From positions 237,803 through 301,802 of the forward strand of contig CALRAM010000001.1 in NCBI GenBank assembly GCA_943353165.1: a stretch of 64,000 nt of DNA, given 5' to 3'. The stretch is from an uncultured Candidatus Saccharimonas sp. (GTDB lineage: Bacteria; Patescibacteriota; Saccharimonadia; Saccharimonadales; OMJO01). The notes under the pieces are model-generated. The model did no database searches. It worked only from the letters and a program-made list of their open reading frames with translations, and was not told the origin of the DNA. Shown here piece after piece: positions 19,219 to 28,415 of the stretch. Numbering within the stretch: the stretch's first letter is position 1; each line of letters begins with the position of its first letter. The position numbers were made by a program, and so were the translations under genes.

Positions 19219-20034
19219 TTATACCGTAGCTTTGCCTTTTGTTTTTAATGCTTTTGATTTTTGTAGATGCTCAATTGTTAATTCAGTCCTTTTTCTGGCA
19301 TAAACACAATAGTCGCATTCTCCGCCCATTGCCGCCATACCTACTGCCGGCATATCACCCTCTAGGCATTCTTTCATTTTCAACAGTGTTTTTGCCACCC
19401 ATTTGTCAGTTCCAATATGCGGAAATACGTTTGTACGGAAATTTACTACGTCGTTAAACCCGTCGGCATTTACGTCACCGTTTGCGTACACAAAATACCC
19501 TGTATCGCTCACTGTATGACCATTTGCTCTCAGTAACCATTGATACACTTCCATTTGCCGTCTATAGCTATCTTGCCATCCACCAACTGGACCTAAATCC
19601 GTAATTTCATCACTTTTTGCGGTGGCTTTGTAGTCAACGACTATAAGTTCACCTGCTGGATTCACCCAAACATCATCTACTGCGCCAAAGACGTGTAGAT
19701 TAGTGAGATCATGTACCGTGGCAACACCAGTAAAGTTGGCACGCCATTTGTCCAGATCTTTGTGTGGATATGGAATAGCATCTATCTTAAACTTCACCTG
19801 CAGTGGATGGGGAGTTCCAGCTTTTCTATGTACGTCAAATTCTTTTTTGAACAGCTCATCAATCGCTGAATTTATTCTAAAGGGAGGCCCGTTTGGTCGT
19901 TTTATCTTGAGTCGAGCATCTAGCCAAAAACACCTTGAACACTGCGTAAAAAGCTCAATCTTACTCCGAGAAACTTTAAAAACTTCTGTTTGACCAGGCT
20001 GAAATGGTTTACTTCGTTCTGTCCAATAATTCAT
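19219..20034 (-). CDS. PD-(D/E)XK superfamily nuclease, Cas4/AddB-like with Cys cluster
   Basis: Core GAVDD...ELIVVDYKATAK (D...D/E-x-K). One N-terminal Cys pair (CSRCFW) plus a C-terminal GGECDYCVY, suggesting an Fe-S ligand pattern. The probable start ATG at 20034 forms an ATGA overlap with the rsmE stop. Confidence 0.6.
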   Translation of the reverse strand: MNYWTERSKPFQPGQTEVFKVSRSKIELFTQCSRCFWLDARLKIKRPNGPPFRINSAIDELFKKEFDVHRKAGTPHPLQVKFKIDAIPYPHKDLDKWRANFTGVATVHDLTNLHVFGAVDDVWVNPAGELIVVDYKATAKSDEITDLGPVGGWQDSYRRQMEVYQWLLRANGHTVSDTGYFVYANGDVNADGFNDVVNFRTNVFPHIGTDKWVAKTLLKMKECLEGDMPAVGMAAMGGECDYCVYARKRTELTIEHLQKSKALKTKGKATV

Positions 20035-20717
20035 ATTCCTACTATTGTAACAGCTGCAACGCATGCGGTCTCGGCTCGGAGCGTAAAGTCGTGAATATTC
20101 AGACGCTTAACACCCTTAGATTCAAACAAACTTTTTTCCGAATCCGACCAACCGCCTTCTGGTCCAACGAAAATTCCTACGTTTTTTGAATCAATTTTTG
20201 TGTCTTCGCTTTCTTGGTCACACATATATAGCTCTACTTTATCATTTAGCTCGTCTATGGCGCTTAGCAGACCGATAGGCTCTCTAATGGTAGGTATATC
20301 GCTACGCCCGCATTGTTCGGCAGCTTCTATAGTTATTTTTTTGGCACGTTCTATGTCAAAGCCAGTTTTTTCAGTTCGCTCGGTTATCAGTGGAACAAAA
20401 TGACTGACTCCCATTTCAGTACACTTCTGGAGCACCCAATCATTTTTGTCTTTTTTCAGCAAAGCCCATAGCATATAAACGTTTTTCTTTGGAATTTTTC
20501 TGACATAGTCCGTAATGTGCTTTAGGTGAGCTTCGTCTTTGGATATTTCTGATATCTTAAAAAGTCGATCATGCTTTAGTCCGTCAAACAATACCACTTC
20601 TTGTCCAGCCCTAAAACGAAGCACCCTATTCCATTGGTTCAATATAGCTTGGTCTCTCAACCAAAAGTCGTGTTCCAAGGCTGTGTCCGACCCAACAAAA
20701 AAACGATGCAACCTCAT
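20031..20717 (-). CDS. rsmE: 16S rRNA (uracil1498-N3)-methyltransferase RsmE
   Basis: MRLHRFFV N-terminus and the C-terminal SPOUT knot region FVGPEGGWSDSE ... LRAETA. Confidence 0.8.
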   Translation of the reverse strand: MRLHRFFVGSDTALEHDFWLRDQAILNQWNRVLRFRAGQEVVLFDGLKHDRLFKISEISKDEAHLKHITDYVRKIPKKNVYMLWALLKKDKNDWVLQKCTEMGVSHFVPLITERTEKTGFDIERAKKITIEAAEQCGRSDIPTIREPIGLLSAIDELNDKVELYMCDQESEDTKIDSKNVGIFVGPEGGWSDSEKSLFESKGVKRLNIHDFTLRAETACVAAVTIVGI

Positions 20718-20724
20718 ATGATTT

Positions 20725-21570
20725 CTATTTTTTGAGACCGATTATCAGGATGACCGCAAAAGCAGTTTTAGAGAACAAAGATATCAATGCATAGTTACGC
20801 TCTATAAATGAATAATCTTTCCATTGCTTGTAACCCGTGTTTTGTAGAAGTTGGTTTAGAGCTAATAGAGTAAAACTGCCCAGAGAACTAACGTACAGAG
20901 CATATATGTACCACGGAGCTCTGACTGCAGCCAAAAACGGAGTAGCAACTGCATAGCCAAATATTAACATCCATGGCAAGGAGCCAGTTACCAAACTAGC
21001 TATAAAAGTTGGCATAACCAATTTTTTGGCTTCTTTTGCTTGTCGTTCTGCCATCCAACCCAGAAAGCATGTCGTAGCCATCAAGCCAGCTATGAGTTTT
21101 AGAGTAAATATGTCTGTCACTCCAGACAATACAGCGATTATCATAACCATTATAGCTGTAGTAATACCCAAATCTATCCAGCGCAAGGTAAGAACGCGAT
21201 TCTTCATAGCCTGCTGGTGTTGTTTCTGTAAACGCATAATATACAAATAAGGAACGATTATAGACAGCACCAATACTATCAATATAGCCGACCGAATCTG
21301 TAAATCAAATGCGGGTTGACTACCGGGCACCAAAACAGCGCTTGTTTTGCTGGCTAGTTCGTCTTTGGCTAGAAAGCCCCAAGTTAGCTGATATGTAACT
21401 TTGCTAACCATTGTTACTACAGCCAAAGCCAATATGGCGTACACAACAATGCTAACTTTATAAATGTCCTGAATTTGCTTGTTTAGATCTATTTTTTTGC
21501 TCATATTTCTATAATACCACAACCCTCGATGCGTATATATTATTTTATCGGTTCGTATGGTTTGTGACAA
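20725..21570 (-). CDS. heliorhodopsin-like seven-TM retinal protein
   Basis: Seven hydrophobic helices. TM3-TM7 align by eye with heliorhodopsin 48C12 as I recall it (RWID vs RWVE; FLGWMAERQ vs LFGWLQEKY; PWMLIFGY vs PWIGLLIY; ERNYALISLFSKTAFAV vs ERAYIVLSLVAKSALAW), including the TM7 Lys. An alternative start at the Met at nt 21504 would remove the 31-nt overlap with msrA. Confidence 0.7.
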   Translation of the reverse strand: MSQTIRTDKIIYTHRGLWYYRNMSKKIDLNKQIQDIYKVSIVVYAILALAVVTMVSKVTYQLTWGFLAKDELASKTSAVLVPGSQPAFDLQIRSAILIVLVLSIIVPYLYIMRLQKQHQQAMKNRVLTLRWIDLGITTAIMVMIIAVLSGVTDIFTLKLIAGLMATTCFLGWMAERQAKEAKKLVMPTFIASLVTGSLPWMLIFGYAVATPFLAAVRAPWYIYALYVSSLGSFTLLALNQLLQNTGYKQWKDYSFIERNYALISLFSKTAFAVILIIGLKK

Positions 21571-22037
21571 AACCCTACACCTGTTCTCTCTGTATATTTT
21601 TGATGATAATCCTCTGCTTCATAGAATTCGCTAGCAGGAGTTATTTCTGTAACTATAGGGTCTTTGTAGTCAGACTGGCAAGCACGTAATACATTCTGGG
21701 CTGATATTTTTTGTGAATTATCAAAATAAAAAATTGCAGATCTATAGCTGTCGCCGATATTTGGGCCATCTCTATTTAAAGTAGTGGGATCGTGAAGCCT
21801 AAAAAAGTGCTTTAGCAAATTGTCGTAGCTAACTTTTAGTGGATCAAATTCTATCAATACCGCTTCTGCGTGTCCGGTGGTATGTGTGCAGACTTCTTCG
21901 TACGTTGGATTTTTGGTATGCCCTCCTGTATATCCTACAGTAGTTTTTTGTACGCCAGGTACTTCGTCAAAATAATATTGAACTCCCCAGAAACAACCCC
22001 CCGACAACAAAGCCTTTTGGTTGGTGTTATTTTTCAT
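21540..22037 (-). CDS. msrA: peptide-methionine (S)-S-oxide reductase MsrA
   Basis: Active-site GGCFWGVQ motif. The 165-aa length is typical. Confidence 0.9.
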   Translation of the reverse strand: MKNNTNQKALLSGGCFWGVQYYFDEVPGVQKTTVGYTGGHTKNPTYEEVCTHTTGHAEAVLIEFDPLKVSYDNLLKHFFRLHDPTTLNRDGPNIGDSYRSAIFYFDNSQKISAQNVLRACQSDYKDPIVTEITPASEFYEAEDYHQKYTERTGVGFCHKPYEPIK

Positions 22038-22038
22038 A

Positions 22039-23412
22039 CTATTCAGTTCTCAGGGCTTCTATCGGGTCTAGTTTAGCGGCTTTTCTGGCTGGTAATAGAC
22101 CGGCTAGAATTGCAACTATCATCAAAATAATTATCAATATAATTATTTGTAAAGCTCTAAATATAAGCAGTTTATTTCCCACTCCTAAATCTAGTTTTTC
22201 GGTAATCCAAGGATTCAAAGCCGTTCCAACTGCCAGTGCCGACAAAGACCCTATGATTCCTCCCAGAAAACCAATCCAGGCCGCCTCAAATCGAAAGAGC
22301 TTTCCGATATCTCGTTTTCTCATACCTAACGCTTTCATCAATCCTATCTCGCTTGTTCTCTGTAAAACGCTGATATACATTGTATTTACTATTCCAAAAA
22401 CGGAAGCAATAATGGCTATCATTCCAAAAGCCACAACTATACCTCGCAAAACAGATATTATTTGAGTCAAGAATTTTTGGGTATCTTCGACACTATTTAC
22501 AAAATATTCGGCTGACTGCAGAGTTTTTTTGGCCGCCAAGAGTTTGTTGTTGTCGTTTCCGTCTTTTACCCTGGCATAGACGAAGGCGTATTTGTGGTAG
22601 TCTGCTGTGCCCAAAGTAGCATAGTCATTAAGTACCTGCGCATCCTCTACCCCGATGAACATATACAGTTCGGTGCCTGGCTGAGAAGACATTGGTTTTT
22701 TCATTATGCCCACAATAATGAACTGCTGTTCCAGTGTGGCCGTGTCAAAAGCAGACTCTATTTTTTTAGAACTGTCCAGCGTTCCGTTTTGAGCCAATGA
22801 ACGTACTGTAGATTCACTAAACGGACGGCTAACTACCAATGTTACAGATTTGCCAATTGCATCATTCGGGCTGCTAAAACCCAGCGCAGATACATAGGCT
22901 TCTGGCAACAGAATGTTTTTGTTATTTAAGGGTTTGGGTATTTTGCCTGCTAGGATTTGTGGGTTTTGGGCGGGGCTAAAACCCTGAGCTGTACCAACAT
23001 ATTTTTTTTGGCCTGATCTAGTTATATAGCGCAAATTTACGCTCGTTCCTAGCCGGATTTGTTCTATGTCAGGCTGGCTTTTTATTTTGGCCAGATCTTC
23101 GTCGTTCAATCTTTTGGTCTGAGTAGTAGCACCCGCATTTGATACAGAACTAACAAAACTACTATCGTATTCTTTTGGTTTTGTTCTGTCCCCACTTTGA
23201 AAAACTGTCTGGTCTTTGGCGACTATCAACTCTGCTGGGTCAAAATTGTCGCTAATAATTTTGTTTACATAACTCTGTGCGCCATTACTAGCAGCTAGGG
23301 TCATAGTCAGTGCAAACGTACCTACCGCAATAGCCAGAGCCGTCAACAGAGTTCTAGCCTTGGCGCTTTTTAGACTACGGCTAGAGCGCCTTAGTATGTC
23401 GGTGTAATACAT
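22039..23412 (-). CDS. ABC transporter permease, MacB/FtsX-like
   Basis: TM1, a ~270-aa extracytoplasmic domain, then a C-terminal 3-TM FtsX-type module (ISVLQRTSEIGLMKALGMRKRDI). Shares a start/stop nucleotide with the ATPase gene. Confidence 0.8.
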   Translation of the reverse strand: MYYTDILRRSSRSLKSAKARTLLTALAIAVGTFALTMTLAASNGAQSYVNKIISDNFDPAELIVAKDQTVFQSGDRTKPKEYDSSFVSSVSNAGATTQTKRLNDEDLAKIKSQPDIEQIRLGTSVNLRYITRSGQKKYVGTAQGFSPAQNPQILAGKIPKPLNNKNILLPEAYVSALGFSSPNDAIGKSVTLVVSRPFSESTVRSLAQNGTLDSSKKIESAFDTATLEQQFIIVGIMKKPMSSQPGTELYMFIGVEDAQVLNDYATLGTADYHKYAFVYARVKDGNDNNKLLAAKKTLQSAEYFVNSVEDTQKFLTQIISVLRGIVVAFGMIAIIASVFGIVNTMYISVLQRTSEIGLMKALGMRKRDIGKLFRFEAAWIGFLGGIIGSLSALAVGTALNPWITEKLDLGVGNKLLIFRALQIIILIIILMIVAILAGLLPARKAAKLDPIEALRTE

Positions 23413-24107
23413 TATTTTTTTCTACTTTCTTTTGTTTTACTCATACGCTCTATACTGCCGTCTTTTAGCCTGATCTGGGTCAAGCACTTGCTGGCCAATT
23501 CTTCGTCGTGAGTAACTATTACTAGAGTACACCCCAGCTTCTTGTTCAAACCAAACAACAAACTCATGATTAAATCGCCCGTAGTGCTGTCCAAATTTCC
23601 GGTGGGTTCGTCTGCAAAAATTAGTTTTGGCTTGTTGACTATCGCGCGAGCTATGGCCAGTCTTTGCTTTTGCCCTCCGGACAAATTGCTAGCCAAGTTA
23701 TAGACTTTGTCTTCTAACTCTACGGCTTTTAGAGCTTTTAGCACCATATCCTTGCGGTGGCGTCGTGGTACTTTAGCTATCTCTAGTGGCAGCATTACAT
23801 TTTGATAACATGTTTGGTTGGCCTCCACAAAAAATGACTGAAATATAAAGCTCATCTGCTTGGCCCTAAAATTATCCATAGCTCTAGACTTCATAGCGTG
23901 TAGTTCCTGGTCGTCAATTACTACGCTACCACCACTAGGGTGATCTAGGCCACTCATAATATGCATTAGTGTAGATTTTCCAGAACCACTCTTGCCGATT
24001 ATTGCCAGCGTGCTTCCATCTGGAATTTCAAAAGAAACGTCTTTTAGAGCCAAAAATAAATTGTCTTTTTTCCCATACGCTTTGTTTAGGTTCTTTACGA
24101 CTATCAT
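23412..24107 (-). CDS. ABC transporter ATP-binding protein, MacB/LolD-like
   Basis: Walker A GKSGSGKST, signature LSGGQKQR, Walker B LIFADEPT. Confidence 0.9.
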   Translation of the reverse strand: MIVVKNLNKAYGKKDNLFLALKDVSFEIPDGSTLAIIGKSGSGKSTLMHIMSGLDHPSGGSVVIDDQELHAMKSRAMDNFRAKQMSFIFQSFFVEANQTCYQNVMLPLEIAKVPRRHRKDMVLKALKAVELEDKVYNLASNLSGGQKQRLAIARAIVNKPKLIFADEPTGNLDSTTGDLIMSLLFGLNKKLGCTLVIVTHDEELASKCLTQIRLKDGSIERMSKTKESRKK

Positions 24108-24125
24108 ATGTCAATTATAACAGAC

Positions 24126-25658
24126 TTATGCTTCTAGTTTCAGCCTAGCGATTAGCCAAGCCCGTGGCAATATACTTAGGAACCAACCCGCCCTGGGCCC
24201 AGACGTCTTTTGTATCAAAACACGATAAATAATACCAAACAGCTCTTTTGGCTCTAGCCCACTTTCCTGTTTTAGCTGGTACATAGCTTCATGAAACCAT
24301 TCTCCGTCAGCATCTTTTGGAGCTAAAGAAATTTTGTCTGCTAAATCCCGGAGGAACTTTGTCTCGACACTGTTAAAATCGCTAGCAGAAACTTTTTTTG
24401 CCAGTTCAAACTTAACATTTTCTGAAGCCCACTCTTTTAACCATTTGTCTATGTAAACTAGCTCTTTTTCTATGACAGCCTTTTGGGATTCTGCTATATT
24501 GCCATGTTCGGTGCGTTTTATTATTTCTATAGTTTTGGCCGAATCTTTCAAAGCAGACTGATAGCTAGCTACTAGATGAGAAAACGGCACATTACTGATA
24601 GAGCTCGTCGCTATAGTGCTAGACACAATGGTTATCATTTGCTCTTCATCAGGAGATTTTTCTGGTTTTGCCAAAAGCTCTGCGTAGTCGTCTATCAGTC
24701 TAACCACACCATCGGTTTGGTCAAAAAATAACAATTTTTTGGTCGCATAACGCAACACAAAGAACCTGACTATTTCTGGAGGCAAAACTTGTAGAATCTC
24801 TGTTATGGTTACAGTATTTCCTTCGCTCTTGCTCATTTTTTTGGTGTCTCCTGACCTATTTATAAAATCATACGGCACAGGGAGTGGGGCTTTACCACCA
24901 AAAATTTTCTGGACAATTTCTTTGCCAGTATCGTAGCTACCACCTTTTGTGGCATGTTCTCTGCCAAACGGCTCAATGTCCACACCATAAATCCACCAGC
25001 GAGCTGGCCAGTCTGTTCGCCAATCGAGCTTTACGTTTCCATTTTCATAACTTGTCGTCTGATCTATGTTTTCAGAATCTTTGTAGGTAATGGTTTTGGT
25101 CTTTTTGTCTAAACTGACAAATACCCTCTTTTTTAAATAGCTGTCTTCCACTATCTGAATTGGCGACCAATTTTCGTCTAGTTCCCTGCCCGACACTTTT
25201 TCCAATATACGCCTCAGCTGGTCTATATTTTCTAGTGCTTTTTCTATAGCTTCAGAGAAAACACCTTTGTCGTACATATCACTAGTTCTTATCAGCTCAA
25301 CATCAATGCCCAATATTTTTATATTTGACTCAAAATCGTTCAAATAATAATCAGCATAAGATTTGTATTTTGGGTCTGGAGATGGCACATTTCGCAGTGG
25401 CATTCCTAGATATTTTTCGAATTCTTTGGGGATACCAACAGGTATTTTGCGGAAACGGTCGTGGTCATCCACAAAATGAAGATGTTTGGCTTTTCGCCCT
25501 CGGCGTCTAATCTCTAGCAACACAGCGTCAGCCGTCAATACTTCTCGCAGTGTGCCTACATGGTACTGCCCAGATGGCGATACACCTGAAGATACAATTA
25601 TTTCGCCCGTCGGTTTACGGGAAATTATTTCGTCTACTATTTGATTCAGCCATTGCAT
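24126..25658 (-). CDS. lysK: lysyl-tRNA synthetase, class I type
   Basis: Class I signatures: PSGQYHVGTLREV (HIGH-type) and KKMSKSEGN (KMSKS). The 510-aa length and N-terminal MQWLNQIVDEII...VSSGVSPSG pattern fit archaeal-type LysRS. Confidence 0.85.
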   Translation of the reverse strand: MQWLNQIVDEIISRKPTGEIIVSSGVSPSGQYHVGTLREVLTADAVLLEIRRRGRKAKHLHFVDDHDRFRKIPVGIPKEFEKYLGMPLRNVPSPDPKYKSYADYYLNDFESNIKILGIDVELIRTSDMYDKGVFSEAIEKALENIDQLRRILEKVSGRELDENWSPIQIVEDSYLKKRVFVSLDKKTKTITYKDSENIDQTTSYENGNVKLDWRTDWPARWWIYGVDIEPFGREHATKGGSYDTGKEIVQKIFGGKAPLPVPYDFINRSGDTKKMSKSEGNTVTITEILQVLPPEIVRFFVLRYATKKLLFFDQTDGVVRLIDDYAELLAKPEKSPDEEQMITIVSSTIATSSISNVPFSHLVASYQSALKDSAKTIEIIKRTEHGNIAESQKAVIEKELVYIDKWLKEWASENVKFELAKKVSASDFNSVETKFLRDLADKISLAPKDADGEWFHEAMYQLKQESGLEPKELFGIIYRVLIQKTSGPRAGWFLSILPRAWLIARLKLEA

Positions 25659-25705
25659 ACTTATAGATTACAGGTTTTAGCTCAATGGTTCTAGTAAAAT
25701 AATTT

Positions 25706-26164
25706 CTAACTAATCTTGGATATTTTGTATATGGCGGTTTCGGAGGGTGTTACTATTTCTACTTCTTCGCCAAGTTTTTTGCCCAACAAGGCGCTCCCTA
25801 TAGGACTTTCGTTGCTAATCTTTCCATTTAACGGGTCAGCTTCTACTGTGCCCACAACCTGAAAGGCTTTTGTTCCGGATTCGCCCTTTAGGACTACACT
25901 AGATCCCAACGCAACTTTGTCGGTAACTTTGGGCTTATGTATGACTTTGACGTTCTGCAAAATATTTTCTATTTCAGATATGCGATTTTCGCATCGTTCC
26001 TGTTCTAGTCTAGCGGAGCTGTATTCGGCATTTTCGCTCAAATCTCCAAATTCACGGGCAGTCTTTATCCGTTCTGCTATTGGTCCACGTTGCAATACCA
26101 GCTCGTCGCGTTCTGACTTTAACTCGTCAACGCCTTCTTTGGTCAAATAAAATTGTTTCATCAT
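25706..26164 (-). CDS. greA: transcription elongation factor GreA
   Basis: N-terminal coiled coil with the acidic tip (REFGDLSENAEYSSAR) and a C-terminal globular domain. 152 aa. Confidence 0.9.
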   Translation of the reverse strand: MMKQFYLTKEGVDELKSERDELVLQRGPIAERIKTAREFGDLSENAEYSSARLEQERCENRISEIENILQNVKVIHKPKVTDKVALGSSVVLKGESGTKAFQVVGTVEADPLNGKISNESPIGSALLGKKLGEEVEIVTPSETAIYKISKIS

Positions 26165-26224
26165 AACTGTTTCCTCATTAACTTGTATGGGCTTTTTTGT
26201 ATTGGCGTATGCCTGTACAAATGG

Positions 26225-26253
26225 ATTATAGCAACTAGTGTTTAGGCTACCAA
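26225..26253 (-). promoter_or_regulatory. candidate sigma70-type promoter for greA
   Basis: The minus strand reads TTGGTA, a 17-nt spacer ending in TGC, then TATAAT (extended -10). It is followed by a GAGGAAA RBS before the greA ATG. Confidence 0.35.
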
Positions 26254-27492
26254 CTTTTTTATCAAATCTTTTTCTGATAGAAGCTGACTATCTTTTCCGG
26301 TGCGAGATTTTATCTCGAAATTACCGCTATCAACTGTCTTTTGACTGACTACAACTCTAAAGGGTATCCCCATCAGATCAGCATCAGCAAACTTGGCTCC
26401 TGCTCTCTCGTCACGGTCATCATATATTACGCTTACTCCTAGTTCTGTCAAGTGTTCGTACAGTTCATTCGCAGATTTTACTACTTGTTTTTCTTCGCCT
26501 AGTCGCGCCAGATACACCAGTGCGGGTGCTATATTAGCTGGCCAAACCAAACCCTTTTCGTCACCCAATAACTCGGCGATAACTCCGACAAGCCTAGAAG
26601 GTCCTATGCCGTAACAGCCCATCAACACATTTTGGTTTTCGCCGTTTTCGGCAACATATGTCAGTCCAAAAGGACTAGAAAATTTATCTTTCAGAGTAAA
26701 GATATTACCGACTTCGGCCGCTCTAACCATTTCCAAATTTTCGCGTTTTAGGCCCAAATCTGCCAATACTTGGTCATTATTTACTTCTTCATTTACTGCA
26801 ATACCTTTTTTTCTATCCAGATAAATAGTGTCTTCTCCAGCTTCGCAAACTGTCTGAAATTCGTGACTGAACTGGCTAAACATTCCGCCGCTCGCAAATG
26901 TCAGAAAAGTTTGATCGCCTATACCCAGTCGTTTAAATACTTTGTTATAGATGTCTATAAATTTTTTATAAATTTCGTCGTGTTCTTTTTCTGACTTAGC
27001 GAAGCTATACAAATCTTTCATCAAAAATTCACGCGTTCTCATAACTCCGCTCTTTGCCCTAGTTTCGTTGCGAAACTTTGTCTGAATCTGATAAGCCAAA
27101 AACGGCAAATCTTTGTACGAGCTAATGAATGGCTTTAATGCACGAACTAATGGTTCCTCGTGCGTGGGACCTAGTCCCAGTTCAGAGCCGTTCTTTAGCT
27201 TTGTTTTGAACCACACGTCGACCTTTTTGTCATCCCAGCGGTCTGTTTTCTGCCAGATTTCAGGATCTTGCAAAGTAGTCAATTTTAACTCTTGTCCCCC
27301 CGCAGAATTCATCTCTTCGCGTATTACCTGACAGATATTTTCTAGGACCCTAAGCCCCAGAGGCAGAAAGGTATAAACGCCAGCCATTTCCTTGTGTATA
27401 AAACCCGCTCGTATTAGTAACTGAGCATTTTTGCTGACTTCGTCGGCTGGTGCTTCTTTGCGAGTTTTTGTAAATAGTTCAGATATTCTCAT
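26242..27492 (-). CDS. proS: prolyl-tRNA synthetase (short form without INS editing domain)
   Basis: MRISELFTKTRKEAPADEVSKNAQLLIRAGF N-terminus and the class II motif FRNETRAKSGVMRTREFLMKD. GGGAGA RBS before the ATG at 27492; the ORF-track start at 27567 is probably too long. About 416 aa is too short to hold the bacterial INS domain. Confidence 0.9.
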   Translation of the reverse strand: MRISELFTKTRKEAPADEVSKNAQLLIRAGFIHKEMAGVYTFLPLGLRVLENICQVIREEMNSAGGQELKLTTLQDPEIWQKTDRWDDKKVDVWFKTKLKNGSELGLGPTHEEPLVRALKPFISSYKDLPFLAYQIQTKFRNETRAKSGVMRTREFLMKDLYSFAKSEKEHDEIYKKFIDIYNKVFKRLGIGDQTFLTFASGGMFSQFSHEFQTVCEAGEDTIYLDRKKGIAVNEEVNNDQVLADLGLKRENLEMVRAAEVGNIFTLKDKFSSPFGLTYVAENGENQNVLMGCYGIGPSRLVGVIAELLGDEKGLVWPANIAPALVYLARLGEEKQVVKSANELYEHLTELGVSVIYDDRDERAGAKFADADLMGIPFRVVVSQKTVDSGNFEIKSRTGKDSQLLSEKDLIKKLVA

Positions 27493-27621
27493 ATTTTTAT
27501 TCTCCCTAATAAATCGATAAAAGTTCCCTAAAAAACAAATTTTTTGTGTAGAGGCTATTGTAGACAAACAGACCCGCTTGCCTGTGCTTCTTTACAGAGT
27601 TATTTTAGCACGAGTAGCTAC

Positions 27622-28410
27622 CTAGACAGCATGAAAAATAAAGATACTGGAAAAGGCTAATAAGTTTTTTATCATGTGTAGACCAATCGATGCCCACAAA
27701 CTATCTGTTTTGTCTCTTAGGTACACTAGCACCATAGACAAAACAAATGTATCCAAAGCCGCTATCCACAACAATGCATTACCACTGCCAAACTGCAAAT
27801 GCATGACTGCAAAAATAATGCTAGTTACAATGGCAGCTGCTATTTTAGGGATTTTGCTCCTTAGCCCAGAATACAAAAAACCGCGAAACAAAGTCTCCTC
27901 TACTAGTGGTGGCAAAACAACCAAACTAACAAAAATACCTGCCAAGGCCAGACCAGAAGTATACGTATCATAACCGAGCTCTTGCTTTTGGTTTGTATCC
28001 AGGCTTGGTATTATCGCGGTTACAATATTAAACAGCACTAGATAGGCCAACATATAGACAAAAAATCCGCTCAGTGCGTACGCCACGTCCACCCAGTGTG
28101 GCCTTTTTATCCCTATCATACTTGCCCGAGCTTTTCTGTGTCTCAGGAAAAGCCATATTATCAACAACACCATCACATCTGCGATAAAGATATAGAAAAA
28201 CTGAGCCCAAGTAGAATTTTTAATCCAACTGTCTGCCCTAGTTTTGTCCCAGCCTAAAAGGTAAGGATAAATATTCACCAATAAACTGCCCACAATTTGG
28301 GACCCCAAAAAAGCCAACAAAGTAATCAGTGTAGCCGATACAGGACCCCAAGGAGTAGACACTCTAAATGGTTCCTGCGCTTTTGTATTTTCTGCTTTCA
28401 TAGCTTTCAT
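27622..28410 (-). CDS. CPBP family intramembrane glutamic endopeptidase (CAAX protease-like)
   Basis: Polytopic, with EETLFRGFLY (EExxxR) and FAVMH motifs. Confidence 0.75.
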   Translation of the reverse strand: MKAMKAENTKAQEPFRVSTPWGPVSATLITLLAFLGSQIVGSLLVNIYPYLLGWDKTRADSWIKNSTWAQFFYIFIADVMVLLIIWLFLRHRKARASMIGIKRPHWVDVAYALSGFFVYMLAYLVLFNIVTAIIPSLDTNQKQELGYDTYTSGLALAGIFVSLVVLPPLVEETLFRGFLYSGLRSKIPKIAAAIVTSIIFAVMHLQFGSGNALLWIAALDTFVLSMVLVYLRDKTDSLWASIGLHMIKNLLAFSSIFIFHAV

Positions 28411-28415
28411 CTTTA

